A stretch of 64,000 bases of DNA, taken from the NCBI GenBank assembly GCA_973895155.1, contig OZ316894.1, forward strand, positions 12,378,828 to 12,442,827, read 5' to 3'. Under the pieces are notes generated by a model. That model searched no databases. It was not told the origin of the DNA and worked only from the letters and a program-made list of their open reading frames with translations. The translations under genes and the position numbers were made by a program. The stretch is from Marsupella aquatica. Taxonomy: Eukaryota; Plantae; Marchantiophyta. Positions 38,173-51,879 of this stretch are shown here, piece after piece. Within the stretch, counting starts at the first letter, position 1, and every line of letters starts with the position of its first letter.

Positions 38173-38654
38173 TGTACAAGACTAGAGCAATATCTAACAA
38201 TATTCGCGGTCTGATAGGCTTTGTTGCCACCATCGGGGGGTGGCTTTGGAGTTCCTTTGGCAGAGGCTATGGCTTCCTATGTGTTTCTTGGTACTTGGGT
38301 GTAGGTGGCTCCTGCTTCATTGTGGATGTCCAGTCTAATATACTATGTGACTAATTCATGGGAGTTGAAAATGGAGCATTGGCAATTCAGGTCCAGCTTT
38401 GCCATGCACAATCAGTGTTGCCTAAGGATCTAGAAAGCACAGTTCACACTTTTGAGGAAGTTGTCTTGGATAGTCCAAACCAAGTTCAGTTGGGGAATTT
38501 TCAGTCGCATGCACACTAGATATTTCCAATGTCCTCCACACTAGAAATCAACTCCGCACCACAGTAAACTCCGTACTGGGTTTGTTGTTGGGCTTTCAAC
38601 AACAAACCCAGTATAAAGTCAAATTTGTACCCTCCCAAAAATTGACTTGGTGTA

Positions 38655-39113
38655 TCTTATTTATAAAACGTCAACTACAAGCTAGAGTTGTGGCCTAGGC
38701 TTCTAGAGTGAAACATTTAGACCATAACTCCATGGCTCATCATGTGGATGGGAAAACTCATGCTATGATGTATGTTAAATGATAATCATGCATATTTTTT
38801 GTCATGATTTCTATTTGCATTAAAAAATGGGTTCTATGCCCCCACCATGACATATGTACATAAAAAAGAGTAGCATGATTTGTTATGTATGATTTTTAAA
38901 AGAATGACATTTATGATGTTTTTTTATCATTCAAAGAAAGTAAGGTATATATTTTGGTGATATTTTTATTGTACTCCCCTCTATTCATGTTCAAAGAAGG
39001 GGTACTCTATTCATAGATATATATTTTGGTGATATTTTTATTGCACTCCCCTCTATTCATGTTCAAAGAAGGGGTACTCTATTCATGTTCAAAGAACAAG
39101 TAGTCGAGGCTAG
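38655..39113 (+). mobile_element. non-autonomous Helitron-like element, copy 1
   Basis: A|TC start and CTAG|T end, subterminal hairpin TGTTC-AAA-GAACA. Collinear with 60755-61256. The 3' part is internally duplicated (38945-39100). Confidence 0.75.
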
Positions 39114-39896
39114 TTGTCCCAAAGTGGAAAATCTCTCAGGCTCTTCCATCTCCCAGCATTCTCACAGATAGGAAATCCCTTGGGGACCATATGGCTTTCA
39201 TTTGCCCTCCTTTGACTTTCAGAGATTTCTCGGTAGTACCAGTGTTCTTTGGATCATTAGTTCATTCACTTACTGTATCACTTCACACACTATAGCAGGG
39301 ATCCTTTGAGCGCAACATATTCAAACTAAAATCAAATATACCTGAGTTCCACATAGAAGAGCCCCACAAAGAAGAGTCACATTCACACATCAGGCCATGA
39401 AACGTAAAAGCTTGTAACATCACATGTGGGCAGACAAGATAGCAGATATTCTGCTAGTGGACTTCTGAGAATCACCGCTGCTTTATTTCAGAGAAATCAT
39501 ACCATGGGTAGACGTCTCTTTATACCACTTCTACGTAGAGTGCAACAATGGAATTCGGTGTTGTATGCGCAAGGGCATTTCAGGTTGTCACTACCTTACA
39601 TAGACCAGTTAAAGTATCCTCTACATAACGGCATAAAATCGACCTAAACAGATAAAGACCTTATTGCTAAACAGGAAGGATTCTTGGCGGGGATTACTCT
39701 TCTACGTGAGATTAGTATGATTTCAAGCCAGGAAGTATCACACAGTTGCTCAAAAGCCTTGGAAGACTGCTAAATCTGTACAAGCAGATAGAACAACAGC
39801 TTGAAATAGCGATGAATTTTGGAACAAATTCTCTCGAAAGAGAACTGCTGCGAGATTGATTCTCTACTATTGGGAGAGTGGAGAAGATTACTCTCG

Positions 39897-40210
39897 AACC
39901 GATAACAATTGGTTTGCATGAGTCAAATACATGATGTTAACATGTAAAACCCTATCAATTGATAACCTCTTCACCAGCTCGATAAACGCGCCTTCTTAAA
40001 AATATTGACTCGCGGCAGTAAAATGACTGCCTCTTCAATTAGAAGATTGAAGAAGAATACTCTCCAACCGATGACAATTGGTTTCACAAGAACCCAATAC
40101 ATGATGTTAACATGGTAAAGCCTATCAATTGATAGACGACTCACCAGCTCGATAAAACTGCAGCCTGGTATGACTATTGACTCGCTACAGCAAAAAATGA
40201 TTGACACCTC
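39897..40210. repeat. imperfect tandem duplication, 2 x ~170 bp, downstream of PILS
   Basis: ACCGAT.ACAATTGGTTT..AATACATGATGTTAACATG..CCTATCAATTGATA..TCACCAGCTCGATAAA..TATTGACTCGC occurs at about 39898 and 40067. Confidence 0.8.
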
Positions 40211-40418
40211 AAGACTCCAGTTCTTTGCTGACCGCAGCAAAGATCGTTGTCAAAATGGTTTGCCTCAATGATCACAGACTACTCTACTCACGGTACAAGA
40301 GCCTATAGGGTGGTGATATATTTACAGTGACAGTCAATATGATCGGCTAGTACTATGTAGACATAAAATTGGGTGTTGTTATGATTCTGGATAACAAACA
40401 TTGGCTGGTGAACTGCAA

Positions 40419-43400
40419 TTAAAACAGGTAATTTATGTACAAAATAAGCCAACCTGCCATTGTCAAAATGGCACAAATATGCTCATAAAACAAAACAGCC
40501 GATGCTTCCTTCTCTGCATGTCCCCGAAGATTTGCGACCGCACCTGCAAGGCAGACGTTTGTCAGAATTGAAATTCAACGTCTCCTTTCAATTTTTTGAC
40601 TCACATGAAGTGTGCCATGGATATTTGCGGATGAAATGCAAATAAATAATCATCAAAGCCACATTGCGTTCAATATGAAGGTAGTCCTGCAAACCTGCAA
40701 GGATAGAACTGGGCATTGTATGTTGTAACAACAAGACAAAACGGAACATTTTGTCATCTGGAGGCAGAAAACCGAGTTTATCTGCAAGAGTGACCATTGT
40801 TAAGCCTCCGAGCGGTATAAGTATCAGCCTTGTTGCAGTGATCGCAATTGTCGTGCGGACGCCAAGTTCAGAACTACCAGCACCTGGTACATGGATCACA
40901 GCGTACATCAAACTCTATATTAGCACAGATCCATACAGAAGGTAAGAGCATGGAAATCTACTCAATATATAGAAACTTTTAAAGCTAATATCATGCTACC
41001 GGACGACGACAGCGTACAGAAGGACGTCGACAGTCTTGTAAGTTGAAAAACAAAAGTCACAAACGCAAGCAATGCCGAATGCCTACTAGGTCCCAAAGCC
41101 AACATTCCAAAACTTGCTCGTTGAGAAGGAAAATGAGGACGGAAAAATCACCTCCAATCAGATTGCCTCCGAGTGCAAGCATGATACATGGAATCATGGC
41201 GCCCCTGCAGATTGCCATAATTCCTAATATTAGAAGCGGCATTGTCAACCGAAGTCTCCAGCTACACACTTCATTATGGATATCTTGTGCAATACGTAAA
41301 CAATTAAAGCAGGCTGTGTGCAACTGCTCAAGGGAACGATAGAGGTAAACACACTCCAAAGCTAAAAAAAGAACTGGAGTCTGAGCAGTGACAAATGCTT
41401 CGCCACGACTACAATTTCGTATGGGTGATAGCTCTCTATACTAAGAGCATTGGGAGTAACCAGAGAGGTCCAACCCCTCAAGGCTTCAGCACAAAATAGA
41501 TGTCTAAGCGCAAGGCAGACCCCAAAACCTCTCTATATATAGAATGAGGACTCACCCCATAATATTCAAGGTGTCCGTGACGAAGAAGAAAACAGAACTT
41601 TCTTCAAACATCAACCCTCTTAAGAAAGGAGTTGCACCGATTAAAAGCGCAAGGAGCTGCGATTGTCGACACAGACATTATGAGTTATTTCATATTTCTA
41701 TTAGAGAGTTCAATTTCAAACAAAAGTTAAGAAAACGAGCAGGCTAGTAGCAAGTTAGTCCAGTAGAAAAGGTTAAGGACAGAGCGTTGAATGTTGTGTC
41801 CCTAGCTGAACCAAAGTAGAATCTACTAATAAAGTTAGAATATAATGGTTTTTTTCCGTTAAAGTAGCTTGCAAATAAATGTCTTACACATGACATGACA
41901 GTGATAAGTCCCATGGTGAAACTTACTGAGGCAACCACAGGAGGCTGCAAGATGTCTTGAATCCTAACTGAAGCCAAACATGATGTTACCCGATCTTTCA
42001 CCTACAATAGACACGAGAAGTTTTCGACAATGTAAAACCTCCACACATACGGAATTCCAAATGAATGGGCAGTAAGGTCAAAGAGTTCACGAAAACAAAT
42101 GTTGAAAGCATAAACCAAACCTTCAGAGATCCCAACTTTCGACGTACGTCATATTTGCCATTCTCAAGCAACGGCATCAGACCACCATTGTCTTCAATAA
42201 CTGCAAGAGGAGCGAATGATCCAGTTTCTTCTGTACCGTTGGAGATTGGCTTCTTATATTGAAAATCTCCGTCCATGGTCTCAATATCATCCAAAACAGG
42301 GCCCGGGGGAGCAAGCATTCGATAAACAAATGTGTACACAATTACTGCCCCAACCTGAAGATAGGTTTAAGGATTCCGAAAAGAGTTAGTAGGAAATATG
42401 AAATCTATCTTACGACAGAGACTGACATAAGAGGTCGCTTTAGGACCTTCCCCCAAGGGGAATTTTACCGTTGCTTTCACCTTATTAAGGACACAGATTC
42501 AGTCAAATATTACATAAGAGTCAAAATTTGTCCCTGAGGGTACAGTAAGCGTGTAATTACCCATTGACCAAAAGAGATGTACGCCACTCCATTGCTGTTG
42601 CAGGTCGCGGGATCTCCAAACGGATTTGAGGACTCTCGACATATTGCGCCGATTATTACCAGAGGAATATTACCAATGTTTCCTGTGACAGACAACTCAG
42701 GCCCTTGAAAATCTATCCAGATAATGAACATGCTAAGGCTTCCTTCTGTGAGAGAAAACTATCAACTGTCACTTTCAGAGAATAATTCTTTCCAAAAAAA
42801 CCGTTTCTTTGCCGTGAGCTTACAAGCAAAGAAAATTGATTTGACAACGAGATGCCAACCATAAAAGGTCTCATCTTCAAGACTGTTTACTCTACCATAA
42901 TGAAATACCATGACGAACACGGAGCATAACAGTTAGATAAACCCGATTTGGTTAGATAAAAGTCACCTATTCCAATCATGACGACGGTAAAGTTGAAGAA
43001 TTGAGGAGGTGGTTTGACAATACGTGCCACTATATAGCCAACTGTGCACCCTACTACAGATGCAAGTACCACATTCACTGGAATGAACCACCTGCATAGA
43101 TAGAACCAAATCAAAGATTGAGTAAATTTAAGCTTAGCAAAATAAAACTGCAAAAACCACTGACTACTTTAGACAGGACGCATAGGCTCAGCAGAGTTTT
43201 ATTCTGAACTTTCTCTCCTGTGACTACTGAATAAAACTCCAAATACTGTAAGCAATTAAACCCAGATTTGTCATTCAATAAGTTGGTAACACCACCCTGT
43301 TCAATAAAGTGGTGTAGATTCATTGTCAGCTTACTGTCAGAGATACACGATATTCTCTGCCTTACAAGCACCACTCAGTTCAGCTTAATTAATCAAAGAA

Positions 43401-44519
43401 AATCACCGGCGAAATATCTTGACCATCGGCCAATGCCCTAATTTGAATTTCGATAGTAGTCAGTAATGCACGCAACGTTTTCCCAAAAACGTTTTCTCGA
43501 ACGTTTTCTCGAACCCAAAATCCTGAGAACCAAATTTGGTTAGGATTTAGGAAAACTAGTGCTTGGTCAGGGGGAATCTAGGCCGGGTAACTAAAAATAC
43601 GGAGTTGACCCAATTGATGAAGACAACTGAATTTGCGTCTTCAAAGGTTTTCAGGTTCTCGAACTTTGACCTCGAAAACAGTGGTCCAGTCTCATAGAAT
43701 GGCATGTAACGTTGCACGACAGGGCTTCGCAGCGCATCAAACAGTACAAGAAGAAAATAAAGGGGATGTGCCGGGGCTCTCGAGCTTTTGCGTGCTCACC
43801 GTTAGGAGTAAACAGGTTGCCAGGCAACAGAGTGCAAAAAGATGCCGAGGATCGCGCAAAATTATAACCATGAGCAGCCAACTAAAGTAGATGAATGTAA
43901 TAAACACGATGCCTCAGAAGAAATTTGAGAGTAGGAGCTTACCTATCAATGAAAAAAGTATGTGACGCCTTATGACAAACCGGTTCTCTTAATTGTAACA
44001 TGCAAACTGCAGAAGGAAATACCCACCGTAGCAAGGTCATGTGAAGAGCTAGTGATCTAGAAGTAAAGGATTATCGGGAGAGCCTACCACTGCAAAATTT
44101 TCTCGAGCGTCACGACTGCCCCCAGTTGCGCAAAAATTAGACATGGGAGAAAGAGAGAGAAGACCAACTGCACGGGAGAAAGAACCACGGTGAATAATTG
44201 AGTACGACTCTCTGAATTCCTCACAAGCTCGAGGCAGTAAGTGAGCAACTCTAAATACTGAGAATGATACGAAGGGGCTGAAAAACTCCTGCCTGACAAA
44301 TATAGCGAAGCAAACCAAAAGGCCAGAGAAAACAGTGACTCGGATTTAAGACAGCGCGTACAATACCTTCGTAAGTTGCTTGCGAGCAGGAGCGGTGAGG
44401 ATGCCAATGTAAGACGTGGCCATTAACAGGCCGAGCGAACACATCACGAACACTTTGGCGATCGGAAGCAGCGCCAATTGGAGCAGCGCGCCCGCCGACT
44501 CGCTCAGGGTCGCGCCCAT
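40419..44519 (-). CDS. PILS: PIN-LIKES (PILS) auxin transport facilitator, ~418 aa; exons 44519-44367, 44167-44088, 43091-42967, 42682-42561, 42354-42121, 42001-41927, 41656-41556, 41204-41152, 40883-40695, 40543-40419
   Basis: Motifs LVFSLFLPCLIFAQLG, WWFIPVNV, GNIGNIPLVII, QPPVVAS, GAMIPCIMLALGGNL and FRFVLLLQHTMPS. Ten GT-AG exons total 1257 nt in frame. In-frame ATGs also lie at 44525 and 44555. Confidence 0.94.
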
Positions 44520-45814
44520 TTGCATACTCAATCGTACGTGATGCCCGCCCTGCATCCTTGCTCGAGAGTTTTGTCCAACGAAGCAATCTTCTCACCCCAC
44601 ACCGATCGCAATCAGACCGACAGCCAATTAAACCAAGCAACAGGTTCAGGTCCTAAATCGAACATTCCGACTCGCCAAAACAGAGCCACCACGGTACATC
44701 ATCTAATCACCGCTTGTCCTGCCGAGGGTAGGTTCGTTGTCTAGGAAGCCTCGGCAACCAACTTCTCAACAGCGGGGGGGGAAATCCTGCCATCCACCGT
44801 AAGCGCGCACGACATCCTCCTCATGCTTACGTTTACTCCCACAGCGCTCTACCTGTGCGGCAACTCGGTGTCGTCTCGCTGCACCGTCATGGGAGCCGAA
44901 ACTGAGGAGAATCCGAGATCGGTCATACAACAGACACGCGGAGGAGGTGGATTTGCTCCTGCCAACCCCCCAGAGTGGACATTCATGCAGCTGCCAAGCA
45001 GAACTGCGCCCGACGCACTCCACACTTATTTGTCACAAACTGACGACAGGAAAAGGGAAGAAGGTGGACCGGTTCACTGAAAAGCACCAAAGAAAGTACA
45101 ATCGACTAGAAAGTATATCAAAAGCGAAAGAGCGAGAGAGGTCCACACAGAGGGAGGAGAGGACGAACACGAGACTCACAAGAAGAGGGCAAATGCAGAC
45201 CTGGAAAGGCGAGGAATCGAGCTGATGAGACGAAGAATTGCAGAGAGACGAAGATTGCAGAGGAAGAGAGACGAAATTGGAAGAAGCGGGGAGGAGCGTG
45301 GCGAACGGGCAGTCTCATCAGTGGAATCTTCTTCTCGGATGGGACGCGTGCGACTCAGCTATCTGTAGTGTACGAAGAGTGCAAATTTAATGTCCCATTC
45401 CAAATTTTCCAAACCCGCAGTAAAGCCCTCGGGTGAAGTGACGGGAAAGGAAACAGCGTACCCGACCACGCGCGCAACCACGCATGGGTTTCCTCCAGTA
45501 CGTTAGGACCCCAAGCGAGCAAGAAACCACGCAGATGCTGAAACCGGGTTCTCTGACTTCGCGTCGCGGCTTCCCAGGAGACGAGACCTTTCCCGGGTAG
45601 CGGCGACGCTTATTTTTGGGCAGGTGGCACTTATTTTCGGTTGAGATTGGACCTTTGTATTTTGGGCAGATGGCCTTTTGACAAAACCTCCCCTAGCGGT
45701 ACTTGAGTTTTAGGAATTTCGGCAACTGTTGATTTTGATGTTGACAAACCTCCCATGGCAAAGATTGTGTACTTGAGTTTCAGGAATTTCGGTAACAGTT
45801 GCTTTTGAAAAAAG

Positions 45815-46016
45815 AATTAGGAAGAGCCAACTTGCATGTAGCACCCCTGGAACATTGGAGCCCTCAACACTTGCAACATGAAAATTAGGAAGAGCCAACT
45901 TGCATGTAGCACCCCTGGAACATTGGGGCCCTCAACTCTTACAACATGAAAATTAGGAAGAGCCAACTCGCATGTTGCAACCCTGGAACATTGGGGCCCT
46001 CAACACTTGCAACATG
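45815..46016. repeat. tandem repeat, 3 x 68 bp (preceded by a 2-copy imperfect repeat at 45676-45800)
   Basis: Unit AATTAGGAAGAGCCAACTTGCATGTAGCACCCCTGGAACATTGG.GCCCTCAACACTTGCAACATGAA starts at 45815, 45883 and 45951. Confidence 0.92.
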
Positions 46017-46079
46017 ATTGATATTGAGTAAAATGACCATTCTGTTAATATTAACTTTAGTCATGTTAACTTCTAGTTA

Positions 46080-46690
46080 TGTAAGCTAAACCACCATTAG
46101 GGTGTGAATTGTGATTAGCAGCGACTCTTGTATCTAGCATATAGAGGGGCTAGGGCTAGCTGTCCTTGGAGACTCAAGCTCATTTGAGGCAACTAGCTAG
46201 GTGCTCGGAGGAGAGCTTGAACACTGAGGTTTGGTGTGGCCATGGTGGTCAAAGCTTAGTAAAGGCTCTTGCGTTCCGTGGACATAGCCTTGATGAACGT
46301 GAACCACATATATCTTGTGTCGGTGTGTGCATGTTTGTTGGTTGTGCTTTTGGTTGTATCGTGCCGGTTTCCCCAACACATTCTCATAAGATGACATGCA
46401 CGTATACAATATTCACCAAATAAACAAATAATCAACACAGGAAATACGTGATTCATTACACCGGCCAGAGGTTACATTCTTGAGAACACACAAGAGAGCC
46501 TTTGCTGAACTCTAAGCATGTTGGTCATACCGAATCTCCACAGACTAAGCTCTTCCTATATATCTCCCATAACAAAGAGCCTAATTAAGTTCCTCCCACT
46601 AACTAAGTCCTGCTAGTGTAAGTATATAACTACACAATCATCTAACCGTAACCAAGCACCTGACTGACGGCTCAACTAACTATGATGAAT
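46080..46690. repeat. two LTR-like repeat copies (D +, 46080-46378; E -, 46379-46690) abutting tail-to-tail
   Basis: D runs TGTAAG...GAGAGCTTG...GGCTCTTG.GTTC...CCCAACA. E shares GAACACACAAGAG, CACAGACTAAGCTCT and TAACAAAGAGCCT with copies A and C. Confidence 0.5.
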
Positions 46691-49507
46691 TTTTTTCGGT
46701 TTTAATTAGCAACATGATCATTTACATTAAATTAAACAAGTTAAGTTATTCTAAACCCATTTCAATTTGTTCCTTTAAATTTTACTTAACACTAATTCAT
46801 ATCTACCAAAACTTCTTTGGTGAAACTTTTTCTTAACCTTTGCTTTTCAAATCAACTTTCATGAAACATGCAAACTCATTCAACCTAAAACTTGACCTTT
46901 AAAACTTTATAGATTTAACAGAAAGGCATGGTTGTGTGGTAGTTCACTTGAGCTGAAACTCGTAGGTGTAGCGTTCAAATATTGTGAATGACTGTTCCGT
47001 TGCTTTGGAGTTTCAAAAATTTCCCCTTTAAAATCTAAAAAAACTATCTTCAGTAAATTTTGTTTTTGAAAGATTACTCTTAAGAAGTTTACTGTGGCTG
47101 AATGAGTTTTACAACATTCATTTTGGCCGCCCAATCATCAGCTGGAGACTTTTGAGTCTTGTCTCAGGTCAGGCTCAGTCTAGGTCTCTAAGTGTCATCA
47201 ATAGCATTGCCTAGGCATTCCAGGCAAGCTTCACCCGTCTGTGTATTCTTCCCAAGACATTCATCAAAAAGACTCACCTTTTGTAACGGGTAGACCAAAC
47301 CCAGTAAAGGAAACTGAGAAGAAAACACCAAAAGTCAGGTTGAACCCATTTAGTGGAACAGATTGGGTTTTCAGGAATGAGTTTTTTTTTGTTACTAGAT
47401 TTGTACATAAGAGTTGGCCATGATAGCTACATACACAGAACTAAAAACAGGAGATGTTAGACATGGTATTTAGTTGGATCTTGGTAACTGCACATCAAAA
47501 TATGACATATACGAAGTACAACATCCTTTCCATATCATGCTAAACCTCATTATTTGCAATTTGATAAACCTAATTTTTTTTGGCAAAATAGCATCAAATA
47601 ATTGTTTATGGCCCATGTGAATTAATTGCAACAAAAAAAAAACTGTTACAAAATAGCACCCAAATAGCACTCGGATAGCCCCCAAAACCATTGGTTCACC
47701 TTACTAAAGTTTGGGTAAGAATATTCTTTGGAGAAATACTTTCAGATATGAGTACTTCCAAAAAATTGAGAGTAAATAACTAAAGAAAGTAAATATTAAG
47801 TACCTTAAATACTATTTATCCTGGAGAAATATTTCAAAACATGAAAAAAATGAATATAGGAGCCACTATGGGAGTGACAAGGGCTAAATACTTCCTACAT
47901 ATGTTATATACTTATTTTTAAGCAAGAGTACATTGACAATTACGTGTACATTTGGTGGACTGACTTACATAATTGTAAGATTATGTTACAATAAAAAAAA
48001 TGGGGAAAATAATCACACGGTCATGAGAAAGGGTTTGCAGGGACAAGGGGCCCATTAACTATATTTGAAAAGTGAGGGGCTCGTCAGGAATATTTTACCT
48101 AGAGGGGCCATCAAGTAGTTTGCTGGAAGTCTCACCTTGCTAGGAATGACACTAGAGGAGAAAGATAAGCGTATGAACTCCTTTTCCTTGTTACGAAGGC
48201 ATTATGGGCAACAATAGCCCAAGCTCACGTTTCCCACCAGGCATGGCGAATTGGATGATTAAGATGCAGTCTGATGTTCAATCCCACAAGGAAAAGGTCA
48301 TGACTGGCTCGAAATTGTCCGCCATAGCTGTAAAACTATTAATTCAAGGATCCTTTTTGACTTACAAAAGGCGTCCAAAAAGAGAACTACTGTGATGTAC
48401 AGCACTCCATCGATTAGGGGAAGCAATGATTCATCTACGACAAACGATCTGCTCCCGATCTTTTTGTTCGTCCACACTGTTCAGATTGGAGATATCTTCC
48501 AATGTGACAAATTGATAAGTGAATTACGACCTCGTGACAAGGTCCTTAGTCGTTATGCACGATTCTGCCCTGTGTTCATTCATACAAGACACATCTTTAG
48601 AGCAATCTTCCTGTGACAGATCAGTAACGGCCCCGTGGCCATAGCTTTAGCTTCAGATGCACGAAGTCAGGAATTCTGCGGGCGGGTCCACTCCCTGACC
48701 TCATCAGAATCTCATCATGAGTCGCATCCTTCCAAGGTCGTGCTTGACGTCATACCTTTCAAACCCGGTCGTCTCCCGTCTTCATCCCGTCACGTGGTCA
48801 AGCCTGTGTCAGCGTTTCGTTTCGAGCTCTTCAATCATCAATCCCTTGGATCAAAGTACTATACCGGGGAAATTACTTACCTCAAGAGAATTCGCCTTAC
48901 CTCGAGAGAATTTGCAGAAAGACTCGGATGGAATTCGATGAGCAAGCACCAGATGCTCACCATTTACCACACATGGAGCACGGCCAAGAAGAAGCAGGTG
49001 CTGACCGCATCAAGCACCTGATCTCAGGACAATACAGGAGAAACTAGTCAGTGGAACCGATGTCCCCCTTCAGTAAACATCGCGACTTAACCCGGCCCCG
49101 AAATCTAAAAACCTAAACCCGCAGCCCAACGTGACGGAGCAGGGGGGCATTGAAGGGGAGTCTCTTGCCGACATTAGGGTCGTGCATCACGAGAAGGTCC
49201 ATGGAGGCTGAGGGCTCGTTTGTAGTCCTTTAGCTGGGAGAGACGCGCACAGTAAGAGACTGGGGAGAGAGCACTTTATGTGGGGGAGAGGCAGCCTCAC
49301 TCTCATCACAATTGTGCAGCCAGATTCGAGGTTGGGATCATGTGTGGAGAGACCCTCGACCCGGTTAGAGTGCTGATAGAGCCCGGAAGGTGGTTTAGCG
49401 TACACGAGAGGAAGTAGCAAGAGAATCAGCCCAGTGACGAGGCTTTGCATCGGCCAGGGGTTGCGACTTGTTATCATTTCGTGGAAGCTACTGTCGTTGT
49501 TGTGGGA

Positions 49508-51879
49508 ATGGCCGCGGTTTCAGCTACGATCGTCGGTGTTCCTCTAGAGGCCTTACTAGCTTGGGAACATCAGTCGAAGTTATCTAAACAGGTCGTTTGG
49601 TGTCGTAACTTCAGCCTAAAACCAAGGAAATTCAACACTCTTTGTCTTGCGGCAGCAGCAAACACACAGGATTCTCAAAACGTAGACCTTCCTCCCGTGC
49701 TTCCGAAAAGGAGAAAGAAGCCGTCTCTCTTGCCCAAGCAAACCAGGAAGAAGAGGCTTCCTGCCATATTCGAAGACCCATCGCTTAAACCACCCGCAAA
49801 TGGTTTACTTGTGAAACCCTTGATTCCTGTCGCACATGATGTGATGCAAGCGAAGGCTATTGCCACCAAGGGTGTTGGTCTTCTTTTGGAAGAACTTCCT
49901 GTCTTGGCATGCAGGTAAGGTCTTTGACTCAAGATTGATTGTCACCATTGCCCATTTTTTTGCCACTGCCCGTGAAGCCAAGGATTTTGCCTTAACAATT
50001 CCATAAATGCTCCAAAAGGACGAATTACAGATCTTAATTCTAGTTTGCGCAGAAGTCATTTCAATGAGTTCACTCCAACGAATATTTTCCGGCCATAACT
50101 CTTGTTGCCAGAGACCACCCTATGCTCTGAATTTGAAGGGTCAAGACAAATCACATGCTTTGGGCCTCTCAATTTTTATTGTCCCAGTGAGAGGATTTCT
50201 CAACCAATCAATGAGTACGATTGGTCAGGGATTCTGATAGTACAAATGTATGTTGGGCCTGTGGAAAACGATGGTTGATGAAATGGGCTAGGTTGCCTAT
50301 CTTTCCGCTATCTGAACGGAAGTCGTTAAAGAACTGTGGTATCGGAACGGCAGTCGTTAAAGCGCTGTGTCCCGTCTTGTCCTGAGGCAGAAAATGTTCG
50401 TTCTTTTCCACAGATGCATCAAGCTGCTTCCTTTACTGACATTCTCAACTGTGGTATCGGAACGGAAGTCGTTAAAGCACTGTGTCCCGTCTTGTCCTGA
50501 GGCAAAAAAAATGTTCGTTCTTTTCCACATACTCTGCATCAAGGTGCTTCCTTTACTGACATTCTCACAGTCAGAGTTGAAGCACTTAGTGCTTGTTGAA
50601 TCGGTTGCAGATTTTGTACAGAAACATATTTTGGCTCAGTCGGGCATAATTTGAAGACATGCACAGGCCCGACAAGTTCAAGCCGACATGGCGTACATGA
50701 TTGGGTGAAGGGTACTATAGATGATGTTCTGGTTCCTCGTGAGGCCTATCACCTTGCAGACCGCTTAGCCAAGCCCATTTCACATGTGGAAAGATTTGAC
50801 GTCGACAGAATAGATGCCGTTGAGGAGCTTTGTATTCAAGCAGGTGTAGACCTTCCGGAGTATCCAACCAAGAGGTATATTGAACCTGTCCTACCGTCGA
50901 CCAGGAGAAGACAGCAAGATGCAGATTGGGTGGGTGGAGCACAATTTACATTTTACACAAATGAGGGAAGCTACATTTACTCTCACCATTTCAAACAACT
51001 AGGACGTAAATTTACAAGCACGGTGGGATCAGATGGGGTAGATACGCAGACAGATATTTCAAAGGTGTTTGAAACAGTTTCAAATGATCGAGACCCTTCT
51101 CTAGATCCACAGCAGAAGATAAAAAATACGCTAGTACGGGATGATGCGGCAGGTGCACCGATAGACGATTCAACGGAGTCTGAATTGATAGAGCCATTGG
51201 TAGATATCAACAGTGAGGATGGCCTAAGGACGGTTGCCCAGAAAACTCTGCAAGCGTGGGAACGAATGCGAGAAGGTTGCAAGAAGCTGATGATCAAGTA
51301 TCGAGTAGTTGCTTGTGGGTAAGCTGCAGCTCATCTGAGATTGTTTCTTTGATCCTCTTTGCACGACACAAGTTGTAGCTGTGTAAATCAATCTTACCGT
51401 CAAAAGTAGCCCCTCTTCGAACATCTCGCAGTTGTTCTGTGCCTGCATTGCAAAATTGAAAACTTACGAAATTTGGCAAATACTTGACACTCCAATTTGA
51501 GTTTGATCTGGATACATGGATGCCTATGATATGGACTCTTTTTCATTTGTTTTTCACCAGATACTGTCCAGAGGTCCACGCTGGCCCGCGGGGACACAGA
51601 GCTAAAGCTTGTGGGGCTTTCAAACATCAGTGGCGAGATGGGAAGCACGGTTGGCAAGATGCATCTATAGACGATTTGATACCACCCCAGTATGTGTGGC
51701 ATGTGCGAGATCGGTTGGGACCCCCATTAGAAAATGCTCTGAGGAGATACTATGGTAAAGCTCCTGCTGTAGTGGAGTTGTGTATACATGCAGGTGCACC
51801 TGTGCCAGAAAATCATGCAGCCTTAATGCGGCTGGATATAGCTATTCCAACCCTTGAAGAAATTGAAAATGTAATTTGA
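49508..51879 (+). CDS. APO (ACCUMULATION OF PHOTOSYSTEM ONE) family organellar RNA-binding protein, ~477 aa; exons 49508-49914, 50611-51318, 51561-51879
   Basis: Two APO repeats with CxxC...H...C motifs (CRFCTETYFGSVGHNLKTC, CGYCPEVHAGPRGHRAKAC), plus ELCIQAGVDLPEYP, HGWQDASIDDLIPP and YYGKAPAVVELC. Phases are consistent (1434 nt). Paralogue identity is not resolved. Confidence 0.92.
50334..50570. repeat. tandem duplication, 2 x ~115 bp, inside APO intron 1
   Basis: CTGTGGTATCGGAACGG.AGTCGTTAAAGC.CTGTGTCCCGTCTTGTCCTGAGGCA...CTTTACTGACATTCTCA occurs twice, with a partial third copy near 50314. Confidence 0.9.
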
